Assembly (NCBI GenBank): GCA_963767735.1
Contig: CAVYES010000008.1
Coordinates: forward strand, 192,001-256,000
DNA from: Candidatus Bathyarchaeota archaeon
GTDB taxonomy: Archaea > Thermoproteota > Bathyarchaeia > Bathyarchaeales > Bathycorpusculaceae
Length of the DNA stretch: 64,000 bases
Direction of reading: 5' to 3'
Positions 9,779-19,853 of the stretch are shown here, one piece after another. The position numbers and the translations under genes are program-made. The notes beneath the pieces were generated by a model that saw only the letters and a program-made list of their open reading frames with translations, made no database searches and was not told where the DNA came from. Positions within the stretch are counted from its first letter, which is position 1; every line of letters starts with the position of its first letter.

Positions 9779-12700
9779 TTACCTGAAAGTTGACAGGAGC
9801 GATTTTCTTTGCAGCTTATTAGTATTGGAGGAGGAAATCGGCTCTGATGCTGGAAGGGCCAGAGGCTGACTCTTCGAGCGCTTCCTCAGGACTGCCACGG
9901 CACCGATGGTGACGCCCGCTACGCCTATTCCGATTCCTGCGTAAGCGTAGTCGTATGCTCTGTTCACGCTGGCCTTGAGACTGCTGATTTGGTTTTGGAG
10001 AGCAGCTTGGGAAGCGTTTAGGCTTTTCCCGAGACTACTAAGCTGGTTTTGCTGAGATGTCTCAGATGAATTGAGGCTGTTTAGGCTTCCCCCCAAACTG
10101 TTGGTCTGGTTTTGCACAGAGGCTTGAGATGACTTTACGCTGTTCAGGCTACTTGTAAGACTATTGGTCTGACTTTGCAGAGACTGAATGGAGCTCTGGG
10201 AGTTTTGTAGGCTGGAAGTTTCTGAGTTTAATTGGTTCTGGAAGTACATTGTCGAGTTGGCGCTGGAGCTGACTCCGTCTGTTTGGGTGGCGACTATCAG
10301 TAGCGAGTAGCCGCCGTCGGCATAGTTGGCGGTGTTTATGGTGAAGCTGAGCGTTCCGTTGTTGCTGAAAGTTTGGGTTGGCTGGTTGTTGAGGTAAACG
10401 ACGATGGAGTTAATGCTGTTTCCTGAGACGGTTACGCTTCCGACCAGGTTACCGGTATATTTTCCTCCGTTGGTGGGCGAAGAAATCTGAATCGTAGGTG
10501 GAAGCGGGGAGATACTCTGATAGCTTGACGATGTCAACGAAAGGTTCGAGTTAACAAGAGCAATTGAGTTTAGATCAGTGTTGACTAAGTTAATGCTGCT
10601 GTTTGAAGCGACAATTTCCCCACCGTGCACGCCCTCAAGCGTTAGGTTGGCGCCGTTTGCAAATATAGTCCCGTTTACAAACGAGTCTGAGATGACGGTT
10701 GTGCCTGACGTGAACCAGTTTGATCCCATGAAGATATCGTTAGACAGGTTCGCCGATTTTGTCACGTTGACTCCGCTCAAAGCTAGCCCCGAACTCTGCT
10801 GGAACAAGGTGATTTGTTGGTTTGACAAGTACACGTAGGGCTGTATAGAGAAGGCTTGCTGGGCGGAGAGCGCGGCGGTTGTGGGGAAACCGTCGTAGGA
10901 GATGCCTGTCACGTAGACGTCGTAAGGACCAGCATAATTGAACGAGTTATCATTTATTGGTGATAGAACGCCGGCATTGTATGGTGAAGGCAGCAAGACA
11001 TTGGCGGTCCACCTGTTCAGCGTCGGACTATACAGCAATGGCGTCAACTCAAAACCCTGATACTCCGCATACATTATGGCTGTGTAGTCATTCTGCAGTT
11101 CCTGCGGATAAATAACCGCCGAGTATTCACCCTGCGTAACTTCTTGACCATTCGGATAATGAATATCAGCAGTTATCTGCGCCGTTTGCCCCATATACAA
11201 AGTTGACGGCGAAAGCGTTATCTCAGGAGTTATTGCGCCACTCGAAACAAGGATTTGACCGTAAAAGGCGCCATTGAGGGTGTACCCAAGAGTCACAGAG
11301 CCATAGTTTGCCTGAAGCAAAATCGTGTACAACCCAGGAGCCGCGTTAGACGGGACCGTGAGCAAGCCGACCATTTCTGAATTTTGCAAAAACAGGCTCG
11401 TGCTCGCAACCGTTTGACCCGACGGAGTTAATAGAAAGGCATTGACGTTTGAGCCGCTGGCCACATCGGAACCGATTGTTTCGCCAGTATCATACGATGT
11501 CTCTTTTGCAACGTTCAATGGGGCAATGGGAGAGACAGAGAGAGTAAGTGATTGTCCAGGGGCTATCGCGCCAGGTTCCACTGCCACCTCAGGGAGGACG
11601 ACGGCGGTTTGCAGGTAAATCCCATTGGTAAACGGTAGAAATCCATACGTGCCCCCCTGAAGCATCAAATCGATGGGGCCTGCTGGATATGGGGATGTTA
11701 GCGTCGCTTCAGTTACGTTTACTCCAGATACAAGGGTAGGTTGCAGCGTAACCGTGCCTTGAGAGCTGTAGAGATTATTGAGAATCGAATAGGAATTCAC
11801 CTGCATTGTGAGCGGTTGCAACGGGGCTGGATTGCCGTAGAGGTCTGTAGCGGTGACAACCACTTTTAAGCCTCCCGCTGTTGTCCATGGGTCTGTTGGA
11901 GTTGGACTAGTGAAGGTTGCGAGGTAACCAGCAAAAATTTCGGCGGAACCCGCCCCTGAAATTCCTGCTGATGTGCCGTTGACGTTGACGTATGCAACAC
12001 CGGACTGCTGCCCCATCACGAAAGAAGCACTAAAAGCCCCGCTTGCACTGTCGAAATTCATAGGAATGGATAAGGAAGCCCCATTAAGCGTCACAAGGCT
12101 GGCTGTAAAGCTTCCAGTAGTTATAGGCGTGAAGAAAGCTCCATTATAGATAGATGCTGTTACCTCAACAGTTTGACCCGAAGTGAATTCAAGTTGAGAT
12201 CCGCCTGTGGAGTTAGCGACTCCGACTAAAACGATTAGGCTGGACTGTGGATTTTGAGCGTTGTAGAGGGAAGCAATTTCGCCGATATTGGGACTACCCC
12301 ATCCTGTAGCAAGATTATAACCATAAGATGAAGTCCACGGGATAGTGTTGCCAAATGTGATAGGAGTGAAAGCTTTGGCGTAAGTAGCAGCGCTATTGCC
12401 CAGGCTATAAAGGAACGGATTGATGAGACCAAGCGGACCTCCCGCAGACTCAGCTACCAGTGTGAGTAGCCCCGAGAGAAGCTGAACAGATTCCGACGTG
12501 CCGCCCACAGCCATAACTGAACCCGAATCCACGATGAAAGTGGCTGGATTAACACCAGCCTGCAAAGAAAGATCTGGTTCCAATCTTCCGTTCGGATAAG
12601 AGGGAGGTGTCTGCTGACTTTGCTGATACCACGGCTTAGGCTCCACAAAACTTACCCCGCCTCCGCCTCCACCAGAATTAACAAAGTTCGGGACGTATCC

Positions 12701-13951
12701 GCCGTTCGACCACGCCGTTTGAGCGACCGTTTCGGTCCCGTTTGGTTGAGTGTAGAAGTAAGTTTGAGTTCCTCCCACAGCAGTAACATATGGTGAATTA
12801 TCTGGGTTTCCTAAGTTGCCTGCCGGGCCTGAACTGTAGCCACTTCCTCCTCCATCACCTGTGGAGCTTAGGAAAGTGATTCCCTCAAGCGAGCCCAACA
12901 TGAAGTACTGGTCGGGGAGAAACATGTTGAAATAAAACAGTGGTCCGCCAATGACAGAGTCCTCCCATTCGGGGGCAATAGAAAAGCTCATTGAAAGTGT
13001 AGTGACACTATCGTCACCTACTATTTGTGCAATATCATAGGCAAAACTTGGCGCGCCGGTCGTCACGTACATATCAATGGCGGCTTTAGGAGCCATTGCA
13101 TGCGATATCTCAACATCAAGAGATACTTCGGTGCTCCAGCCCTCCGAAACGCCAAGGTTAGGATTGTAGGGCACAATAGGTGTCACAGTCAAGCTCGGAT
13201 TTGAGAACCCGAATTGTGCATCGAAAAGCTGCAAATCTTGGGTGATGGTCGGAGAGCCAAAAAATTCAAGCAGACCAATAGTCTGGCCTTGGCCTTGGAA
13301 GCCCTGTGCATAAAGAGAGGTTGCGTTATAAACGCTCTGAAGAGCCTTCGCAGATGACGCTCCTTCCGAGAAGGTCACGTTTGCATTCGTTTGAGACGCT
13401 GCAGAACTTGCTACCTGTGGTTGAACCATAAGGCTTGTCGCGTTCGATGCAACAAAATAAGCTCCTTCAAACAAGGAATTCCCGCTCGTTACATAATAAG
13501 AGTCCGTGCCATTCGAGTAAATGTTCACGCTGGCACCAAAGTACTGATTAACCTGGGCAACAGTAGCCTGAACAATTATCATGGAATCCATAGATTGCCT
13601 AACAACCTGCAATCCGACCCCCTGAAGATAAGCAAGCATCGAATTATACGCGTCCACAGGCAAGAATTCCTGTTGAATCTGAGTACTGGTCAAAAATTGC
13701 CTAAACAAAGGCGACGAGGGGTTCGAAACTTGCTCCACCATAGAACTGAGAAGCCCCACATTTCTCAAAGGAATCGCAATGTTAACAAGCACAGAGAGAT
13801 CACTCGGCGCTTGACCCTGAAGAACATAGCCTAAAAGGGGCTGAGCAACATTGGAACTGGAATCAGCAACATAGAAACTGGCTCCCAAAACGCTGCTGAC
13901 CGACGAGACGACCAGCAAAATCAAAACTAAACTAACGATTAAGCCCTTCAC
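9779..13951 (-). CDS. Membrane-anchored S53 (sedolisin/kumamolisin) protease with prodomain
   Basis: Signal peptide; pro-kumamolisin domain (VSNPSSPLFRQFLT); EVSLD, STGDGG, GGTS catalytic motifs; GYNLATGWGSPN Ca site; long beta-rich region, S/Q/N coiled coil, C-terminal TM + KRSK. Confidence 0.92.
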   Translation of the reverse strand: MKGLIVSLVLILLVVSSVSSVLGASFYVADSSSNVAQPLLGYVLQGQAPSDLSVLVNIAIPLRNVGLLSSMVEQVSNPSSPLFRQFLTSTQIQQEFLPVDAYNSMLAYLQGVGLQVVRQSMDSMIIVQATVAQVNQYFGASVNIYSNGTDSYYVTSGNSLFEGAYFVASNATSLMVQPQVASSAASQTNANVTFSEGASSAKALQSVYNATSLYAQGFQGQGQTIGLLEFFGSPTITQDLQLFDAQFGFSNPSLTVTPIVPYNPNLGVSEGWSTEVSLDVEISHAMAPKAAIDMYVTTGAPSFAYDIAQIVGDDSVTTLSMSFSIAPEWEDSVIGGPLFYFNMFLPDQYFMLGSLEGITFLSSTGDGGGSGYSSGPAGNLGNPDNSPYVTAVGGTQTYFYTQPNGTETVAQTAWSNGGYVPNFVNSGGGGGGVSFVEPKPWYQQSQQTPPSYPNGRLEPDLSLQAGVNPATFIVDSGSVMAVGGTSESVQLLSGLLTLVAESAGGPLGLINPFLYSLGNSAATYAKAFTPITFGNTIPWTSSYGYNLATGWGSPNIGEIASLYNAQNPQSSLIVLVGVANSTGGSQLEFTSGQTVEVTASIYNGAFFTPITTGSFTASLVTLNGASLSIPMNFDSASGAFSASFVMGQQSGVAYVNVNGTSAGISGAGSAEIFAGYLATFTSPTPTDPWTTAGGLKVVVTATDLYGNPAPLQPLTMQVNSYSILNNLYSSQGTVTLQPTLVSGVNVTEATLTSPYPAGPIDLMLQGGTYGFLPFTNGIYLQTAVVLPEVAVEPGAIAPGQSLTLSVSPIAPLNVAKETSYDTGETIGSDVASGSNVNAFLLTPSGQTVASTSLFLQNSEMVGLLTVPSNAAPGLYTILLQANYGSVTLGYTLNGAFYGQILVSSGAITPEITLSPSTLYMGQTAQITADIHYPNGQEVTQGEYSAVIYPQELQNDYTAIMYAEYQGFELTPLLYSPTLNRWTANVLLPSPYNAGVLSPINDNSFNYAGPYDVYVTGISYDGFPTTAALSAQQAFSIQPYVYLSNQQITLFQQSSGLALSGVNVTKSANLSNDIFMGSNWFTSGTTVISDSFVNGTIFANGANLTLEGVHGGEIVASNSSINLVNTDLNSIALVNSNLSLTSSSYQSISPLPPTIQISSPTNGGKYTGNLVGSVTVSGNSINSIVVYLNNQPTQTFSNNGTLSFTINTANYADGGYSLLIVATQTDGVSSSANSTMYFQNQLNSETSSLQNSQSSIQSLQSQTNSLTSSLNSVKSSQASVQNQTNSLGGSLNSLNSSETSQQNQLSSLGKSLNASQAALQNQISSLKASVNRAYDYAYAGIGIGVAGVTIGAVAVLRKRSKSQPLALPASEPISSSNTNKLQRKSLLSTFR

Positions 13952-14721
13952 GAAAACACTTCCAGAATAAAAAAATCTTAATTTTCATAAACTCGCATCA
14001 TCCACCTTACTATCATCAGAAATTTAACTTCACGTGGGTCACACGCCCGCGCATTCCGCAACAAAAAGACTAGCTATTCTTGGTTATCTATTTTGAAAGT
14101 AATCTAATATATGCTTTTGTGACTACAAAGCGAAGTCTCAAACTTTTGCGCGCTTATACGGTGAAAGGCAAATATGCAAAAGCAACCATTACCCAATACC
14201 TTAAAGCTGTTCAGACTAGCATCACCACAATTAATTATTTTTTTCTTGATCACTGCGACACACCGACGCCTGCAAACAGGTTCTTGCATACAATTACTAA
14301 ACCACAAAACATAGGGAACCATGCCGATATAGGCAACAACGCCTATAACAGATCTAACCAAGGGCTAGAAGGGGATTATCTTGAAGATTACCCTAGGAAT
14401 AATCTACGTTAAGCATTCCCCACCACCTCCTTCGGAGCTGAATGGATAGTAAACCCTTTCTTTAGATTAATCATCATTACTTTCAATTATTTTTTTCTTA
14501 ATTACTCCAATGCCTATTCCCATAATAGGCGGAGACCACTTTTGTTGCCTAGCAGCCATTGCCAAAGTAACAACGCAGTAATCATGATAGCCTTCGGGCT
14601 ATGTTTTGTAAAAGTTCCTTAGCGTGGGAGTTGAAGTTGGCGTTGGAGCGGTTGTGGTTGCTGTTATGCAGTCACAGAGTCTTAAAGGCATGATTTTACA
14701 AAAATAACAACGGTGTTTTAA

Positions 14722-15006
14722 TTGGAAAAAAGCATGATGAAATATCAAGTTTTAATCAAAACGATTTCAGGAAAGGGCGGCGAGTTCTGGGAAGCGTTCA
14801 AAAAAATGCCTACCGAGCCAATGAAAGGAGTAATGGTGGAGTCTTCCTGGAGCTTATATGGATACTGGGATTTCGTTATTTTCTTCAAAGCCGACAGCAA
14901 TGAAAACAGCCTTCACTTCATCGGAGAGGTCTTACGAGCAATGCCGGGCATCGCCGATACCAGCACGTCACCGATGACCGTTCTCAAAGAACACAAAAAG
15001 CTATAG
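14722..15006 (+). CDS. GYD/Lrp-AsnC ligand-binding-like small alpha+beta barrel protein
   Basis: SLYGYWDFVIFFKAD...GIADTST pattern. Confidence 0.6.
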   Translation: MEKSMMKYQVLIKTISGKGGEFWEAFKKMPTEPMKGVMVESSWSLYGYWDFVIFFKADSNENSLHFIGEVLRAMPGIADTSTSPMTVLKEHKKL

Positions 15007-15224
15007 ACAACTGTATCGTAACTATTTCGTCCCTTCTTTTTCTTTCCAAGCATCTTGAAATGTGGTTGAAGGTCCATCCTCTGGCAAATTGAGTAGGGCA
15101 TGGATTTTGAAGCCTCATTGCTGTAGAGGCACTGCCCATCAATTCCTCTTTACGTGAGGGACTAACTCATTTAAATTCCCGTAAACATCTGGAATTGTGT
15201 GAATTCACTTTTTGAGAGTTTGAT

Positions 15225-15321
15225 TGGCGAGTTAATGGTGAAGGTTGTTCACTTTTCCAACTGGCTTTCGACGGTGATTTTTCCCCAGGGCATCTACTAT
15301 CCACTTACAAATAGCCAAACC
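15225..15321 (-). pseudogene. Histidine kinase HATPase_c C-terminal remnant
   Basis: Translates GLAICKWIVDALG/KITVESQLEK*TTFT (G2 box) with an indel and an internal stop. Confidence 0.7.
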
Positions 15322-15376
15322 CCTTCCTGGGCGTCGATACAAATTACTTGGGGTCTCTTAAAGAAAAGAGAGTGTA

Positions 15377-15709
15377 CTATTGTGTTTTGAGTCCGCTAAG
15401 TCTCTTGTTGAGTTCATCAAAGATCAGTTGCTTTTTCTCTTCGCTTAAGTTGAAGATAACCTTGTTAGCCATTTCATTTGAAATTGTAAAAATATAGTTT
15501 AATTTTATGACGCTGTCTTTTATGGCGCCTTCATTTTTGGTTAGGGGTATTCCCTTCATCTTAAGATTGCTTGTTATGCCCGCTATCACAACATTGCCAA
15601 GTTCTTCGAACAAAACCACGGCGGGTCTAACTTTCACTTCATCGGCATCAGTGAACTGCACTCTGGCAAGGATAACATCGCCAGGCTTAAGCATCTTCCC
15701 AAGCCTCAT
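15377..15709 (-). CDS. PemK/MazF family toxin
   Basis: PGDVILARVQFTD...KVRPAVVL...AGITSN. Confidence 0.88.
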   Translation of the reverse strand: MRLGKMLKPGDVILARVQFTDADEVKVRPAVVLFEELGNVVIAGITSNLKMKGIPLTKNEGAIKDSVIKLNYIFTISNEMANKVIFNLSEEKKQLIFDELNKRLSGLKTQ

Positions 15710-15929
15710 CTTCCTCGTTATCCCATAATTCTTTCATTTTCGCCTGCTGAATCCTATGGAGAAACTCATCGTATTGCCTTCTCTTGCCCGATTCCTTTGC
15801 AGTTTTTATTAAATTTAAAATGGTTTCGTTGTAGGTTTCTCTTGGGTATTTCCTGATATTTTTGAGTTCCTTAACTACCGATTTCTTAAGCTGTATTGAG
15901 GTAACATCTTCGTTTGTCATATAAGTCAC
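15687..15929 (-). CDS. Cognate antitoxin (RHH-like N-terminus, acidic tail)
   Basis: TSIQLKKSVVKEL..RETYNETI; ELWDNEEDEAWE tail; overlaps the toxin start. Confidence 0.75.
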   Translation of the reverse strand: MTYMTNEDVTSIQLKKSVVKELKNIRKYPRETYNETILNLIKTAKESGKRRQYDEFLHRIQQAKMKELWDNEEDEAWEDA

Positions 15930-15999
15930 TATAACTAACTATAGCTCATTATAATAAATTTATTGCCCCAAGCATTAAAGTTAGTGTTTCGTGCTCGCA

Positions 16000-16337
16000 G
16001 GGGTTCGAATCCCTTCCCCGGCGCCATCAACAAAGTAGGGTCCTTATTTTTGAGAACGCTCGCCTTACGGTCGACCAACCAAATTCGTAAATTGTTATTT
16101 TAGGGCAGCGTAAATTTAATATTGCTATAAGGATAAAGAGAAGCTATAAGACCCCCCCTCGGGGTCTGTCTCTGTCTGTCTATGTGACTCACTATGCCGC
16201 TGTTTGAAACAAAAAAGAGCAATATACTGCAAGACCTTTCCGTACTAGATACACAATCGGATCCACCAGACGGCATACTGCTCTGCCGCGAAACGCTCCT
16301 GACATTCATGGCTTCCAACGTCTCTAACATCTTTTAC
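16000..16337 (+). repeat. ~335-bp repeat, copy A, starting with a tRNA-Ser 3' end (16000-16026)
   Basis: ggggttcgaatcccttccccggcgcca plus ~310 bp matching the reverse complement of 54918-55252 (roughly 90% by eye). Confidence 0.95.
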
Positions 16338-16396
16338 TCGGTCTGTATCAAAGCTTATAGGGTCAACGAGATGTTTTCTATTGTAAGTGTCGGTTA

Positions 16397-16620
16397 TGGT
16401 AAAAATCAAGGGAAAAAAATTCACAGTAATCTTAAGAGAGGAGCTTGAAAGTGGCTATTCAGCTCAATGCCTGGAACTTCCTGGAGCGTTAAGCGAAGGC
16501 GACAGCCGCAAGGAAGCACTTGCCAACATTAAAGAAGCCATCGAAGGTTACTTGGAAGTTTTCCCAGAAGAAGTTTACCTGCTTAAACGCAAAAGAGAGT
16601 TCGTGGAAATAACTGTCTGA
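16397..16620 (+). CDS. hicB: HicB family antitoxin (short)
   Basis: GYSAQCLELPGALSEGDSRKEALANIKEAIEGYL. Confidence 0.9.
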
Positions 16621-16833
16621 AAAGCTGCCGTCTGTCTCTTGGCGGGAAATCATAAAGCTCTCGCTAAAGCCAAATTTACCGTTGCCGGCCAGAAGGGGAG
16701 CCACATATTTTTAGCTGATGGAAAACACAAACTCACCGTTCCACGCCATGACTCAGTCAAAAAAGGAACGCTTCTAGCCATAATACAACAAGCCGGGTTA
16801 ACAAAGGATGAATTTATTGAATTGCTCAAATGA
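16613..16833 (+). CDS. hicA: HicA family toxin (N-terminal frameshift)
   Basis: LPSVSWREI.../GQKGSHIFL...LTVPRHDSVKKGTLLAIIQQAGLT. Confidence 0.85.
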
Positions 16834-16841
16834 AAGGCGGT

Positions 16842-16879
16842 TGGAGGCTTCGGCGAGATTTGGACCCGCCACCATTACC
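16842..16879 (-). mobile_element. Degenerate tRNA 3' fragment at the accessory/core boundary
   Basis: Reverse complement ggtaatggtggcgggtccaaatctcgccgaagcctcca (T-arm + CCA). Confidence 0.55.
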
Positions 16880-17040
16880 TAACAAAGGGCATCCCCCCAA
16901 ATTGGTCAAAATTGATCAATACCACGGAAAAAGTTATGTTGAAGCAGCCCAATCACAAAAAAAGGAAAAACTGTAGAAATTAGAGAATTCTCCACTGAAA
17001 GGGTTAATATAGAGTTAAGTCACGCTATTTTACAAGAGCT

Positions 17041-17892
17041 GTGGGATTTGTGTTCAAAAGTGTGGGATTAGTCGCCCGCTACGATAAGAAACCAGCTTTG
17101 AAACTTACAGAAGAGTTGGCGGAGTATCTTTCAAAGAAAGGATTGAAGGTTTACATAGAAGATACACTGGCAGATAAAGTCACCACCACGCAGCAAGAGA
17201 TGGTTCCCCTCTCGCAGATGAAAACAGACTTCTTGATTACAATCGGCGGCGACGGAACAATATTGCGAACGTGCATAGGCCTCGCTAAGCCTGAACCGCC
17301 AATTTTAGCTATAAACATGGGACTCCGGGGGTTTTTGACTGAAGCGGAGCCGAAAAACGCTTTTGAAGCGGTAAATAAAATTCTTAGCGGCGATTACAAG
17401 ATAGAAAAATGTGCAAAGCTATCTGTGGTTGCGGGCGAAGATAGATTGCCTGATGCCTTAAATGACGTTGTTATTTCTGCGGGTGAACCTTCAAAAATAC
17501 TTTATACTCGGATATGTAAGGATGGCAAGCCGATTCTTAATTGCCAATCAGACGGTTTGATTGTGGCCACCGAAACGGGTTCTACCGGTTACTCTTTTTC
17601 TGCAGGCGGACCAGTTTTAGACCCCGCGCTGGGTGCTTTTGTTTTAACGCCTATTTGCTCGTTAACCGTGTTCCACCCGCTTGTTTTCCCCGCAAACTCC
17701 ACCATCACCTTCAACGTAATTAGGGCGGAGAAAATCCTTGTTCTCATAGATGGAAAATACCATAAGCAAGTAAACTGCAAGGAGCCAACCTTAGAAATCA
17801 AAGTATCCAAAAACGTAACTTCCTTCATAAGGTTTGAAACCGACTTTTACGACCGACTGAAAAGCCGGCTACTTTTTAAGGGAACAGAATGA
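17041..17892 (+). CDS. nadK: NAD kinase
   Basis: GGDGT, LND, DGLIVATETGSTGYSFSAGGP. Confidence 0.95.
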   Translation: MGFVFKSVGLVARYDKKPALKLTEELAEYLSKKGLKVYIEDTLADKVTTTQQEMVPLSQMKTDFLITIGGDGTILRTCIGLAKPEPPILAINMGLRGFLTEAEPKNAFEAVNKILSGDYKIEKCAKLSVVAGEDRLPDALNDVVISAGEPSKILYTRICKDGKPILNCQSDGLIVATETGSTGYSFSAGGPVLDPALGAFVLTPICSLTVFHPLVFPANSTITFNVIRAEKILVLIDGKYHKQVNCKEPTLEIKVSKNVTSFIRFETDFYDRLKSRLLFKGTE

Positions 17893-18446
17893 AAACTCAG
17901 AAAGAGCGGCCAGGCAGACGAGTCATTGTTCTAGACACTTCTGCTTTCTTGGCGGGCTATGACGCGTTCTCTGTAAGCGAAGAGCAAGTTACGGTTCCCA
18001 AAGTTGAAGAAGAAATAAGAAGAAACTCGATGGTTTTGGTTAGATTTTCAACGGCAATAGAGAGCGGAAAGGTAAAGGTTAAGGCTCCTTCGGAAGAGTT
18101 TTTGATTAAAATAAAAGCATCTGCAAACAGGGTTGGGGACTCATTTAAGTTATCGGAAACTGACATGCAGCTTTTAGCTTTGGCCTCAGAGTTGAAGGCT
18201 GCCGGCTATCTGTCTCAGATTGTTACCGATGACTATTCAATTCAGAATGTAGCGACGCAGATGGGAATCGATTTTTTGGCGCTGGCGACTTTTGGTATAA
18301 AGCGGCTTTTAGAATGGGTAAGGTATTGCCCGGCGTGTTACCGAGAGTACCCCGCCGACTACGCATCTAAGGAGTGCCAAGTTTGTGGAACACAACTGAA
18401 GCGAAAGCCCCGCAGAACAGTGAAAAAAGTAAAGACAAAAGGTTAG
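17889..18446 (+). CDS. nob1: Nob1 family PIN endonuclease with zinc ribbon
   Basis: VLDTSAF, LSETD, TDDYSIQNVA, CPAC...CQVCG. Confidence 0.92.
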   Translation: MKTQKERPGRRVIVLDTSAFLAGYDAFSVSEEQVTVPKVEEEIRRNSMVLVRFSTAIESGKVKVKAPSEEFLIKIKASANRVGDSFKLSETDMQLLALASELKAAGYLSQIVTDDYSIQNVATQMGIDFLALATFGIKRLLEWVRYCPACYREYPADYASKECQVCGTQLKRKPRRTVKKVKTKG

Positions 18447-19780
18447 CTTTCTTTCGCAACCTCGTTAATTGTATCTTCAACTATATCCAATGCCGCTGCA
18501 AGCATGTCAGTTTGTATAGTAAGCGGTGGAGCTATCCTAAGCGTTGACGAACCGCAAGTAACAACTGCTACTCCCCGTTTCCATGAACGCAAAATAACCT
18601 GAGAAGCCTTCTGCGGCGCATGCTTTCTTGTTTCTTTGTCTTCAACAAGTTCAACTCCGATCATCAGACCCTTTCCACGCACATCCCCAACTATGCCGCA
18701 AGTCACAGAAAAGTCCTCCAATCTTTTCATCGCGTAAGCGCCTTGCTTGTTGGCGTTATCGAGCAACTGCTGATCTTTAATTATGTCTAAGACCGCGTTT
18801 GCGGCAGCGCATGATAGTGGGTTTCCTCCAAACGTACTTGCGTGCGAGCCACTCGTCCAATCCATAATTTTTGCTTTAGCAATTGTAGCGCCGATTGGCA
18901 AGCCGGAAGCTAAACCTTTTGAAGTGCAGATTATGTCTGGTTCGAGACTCCAGTGTTCAACGGCGAACCATTTTCCCGTTCGGCCCATGCCAGATTGTAC
19001 TTCATCGTCAATTAGCAGTATTCCGTTTTTGTCGGCGATTTTCTTTAGTTTTGGGAAGAACTCGGCTGGAGGAACTATGTAGCCGCCTTCGCCCTGGATT
19101 GGTTCAAAGAGGATTGCCGCCACATCTTCAGGAGGCATAAACTTTTGAAGTACTTGCTCTTCAATGAAGTCTGCACACCAATAGTTACAGCTTGGCTGCT
19201 CCAACTTGAATGGGCATCGGTAGCAATAGGGGTAAGGGACATGAGTTACGCCAGGCATGAAGGGAGAAAAATGGCTTCTTTGCGCCGGTTTACTGCTGGT
19301 AAAAGCTAACGAACCCATAGTTCGCCCATGAAAAGCGTTGATGAATCCAATAAATAATGGTTTGCGCGTGTGCCATCTAGCAAGCTTTACCCCTGCTTCG
19401 ATTGCTTCGGTGCCGCTGTTGCCAAAGTAGACCTTTTTCTCAAATTCGCCAGGAACAATTTTCACCAACTTTTCTGCCAGGCTGATTGCTTCTTTGTAGT
19501 AAAAATCAGTGTTAGAATAACTAAGAAAACGGTCACATTGGCTTTTTATGGCTTCAACCACGCGTGGGTGACTATTGCCAACGTTCATGCAGCATATGCC
19601 GGAGTTTAAGTCGATGTATTCGTTTCCGTCAACGTCCTTAACTGTGCAATCATTTGCTGACTCAACAACCATAGGGTAATACCGCGTGTAAGATGGCGAA
19701 ACAAACTGCTCATCCATCTGAACAAGCTCTCTAGCTTTAGGGCCAGGCGGAGAAACAACAATTTTTGGATAATCGACCAT
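18443..19780 (-). CDS. Class III PLP aminotransferase (acetylornithine/4-aminobutyrate type)
   Basis: NSGTEAIE, AFHGRT, EPIQGEGG, DEVQSGMGRTG, SKGLASG, TFGGNP. Confidence 0.93.
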   Translation of the reverse strand: MVDYPKIVVSPPGPKARELVQMDEQFVSPSYTRYYPMVVESANDCTVKDVDGNEYIDLNSGICCMNVGNSHPRVVEAIKSQCDRFLSYSNTDFYYKEAISLAEKLVKIVPGEFEKKVYFGNSGTEAIEAGVKLARWHTRKPLFIGFINAFHGRTMGSLAFTSSKPAQRSHFSPFMPGVTHVPYPYCYRCPFKLEQPSCNYWCADFIEEQVLQKFMPPEDVAAILFEPIQGEGGYIVPPAEFFPKLKKIADKNGILLIDDEVQSGMGRTGKWFAVEHWSLEPDIICTSKGLASGLPIGATIAKAKIMDWTSGSHASTFGGNPLSCAAANAVLDIIKDQQLLDNANKQGAYAMKRLEDFSVTCGIVGDVRGKGLMIGVELVEDKETRKHAPQKASQVILRSWKRGVAVVTCGSSTLRIAPPLTIQTDMLAAALDIVEDTINEVAKES

Positions 19781-19853
19781 TTGGAAATGACTCCGGTTAA
19801 GCGTCTAGGAAAGATGCAATATTAACCTTTACGCACGGAGAATGTGAGGCTGG

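Noticed and set aside
14100-14670. Membrane/secreted protein remnants on the minus strand
   Set aside because: Too degraded (multiple stops) to assign; only a P/T linker and hydrophobic patches are visible
15993-16026. Intact tRNA-Ser gene
   Set aside because: No matching 5' acceptor strand, D-arm or anticodon arm upstream; only the 3' end is present
16989-17012. ORB-like tccactgaaaggg upstream of nadK
   Set aside because: Single partial match overlapping a BRE/TATA-like promoter; no DUE or partner box
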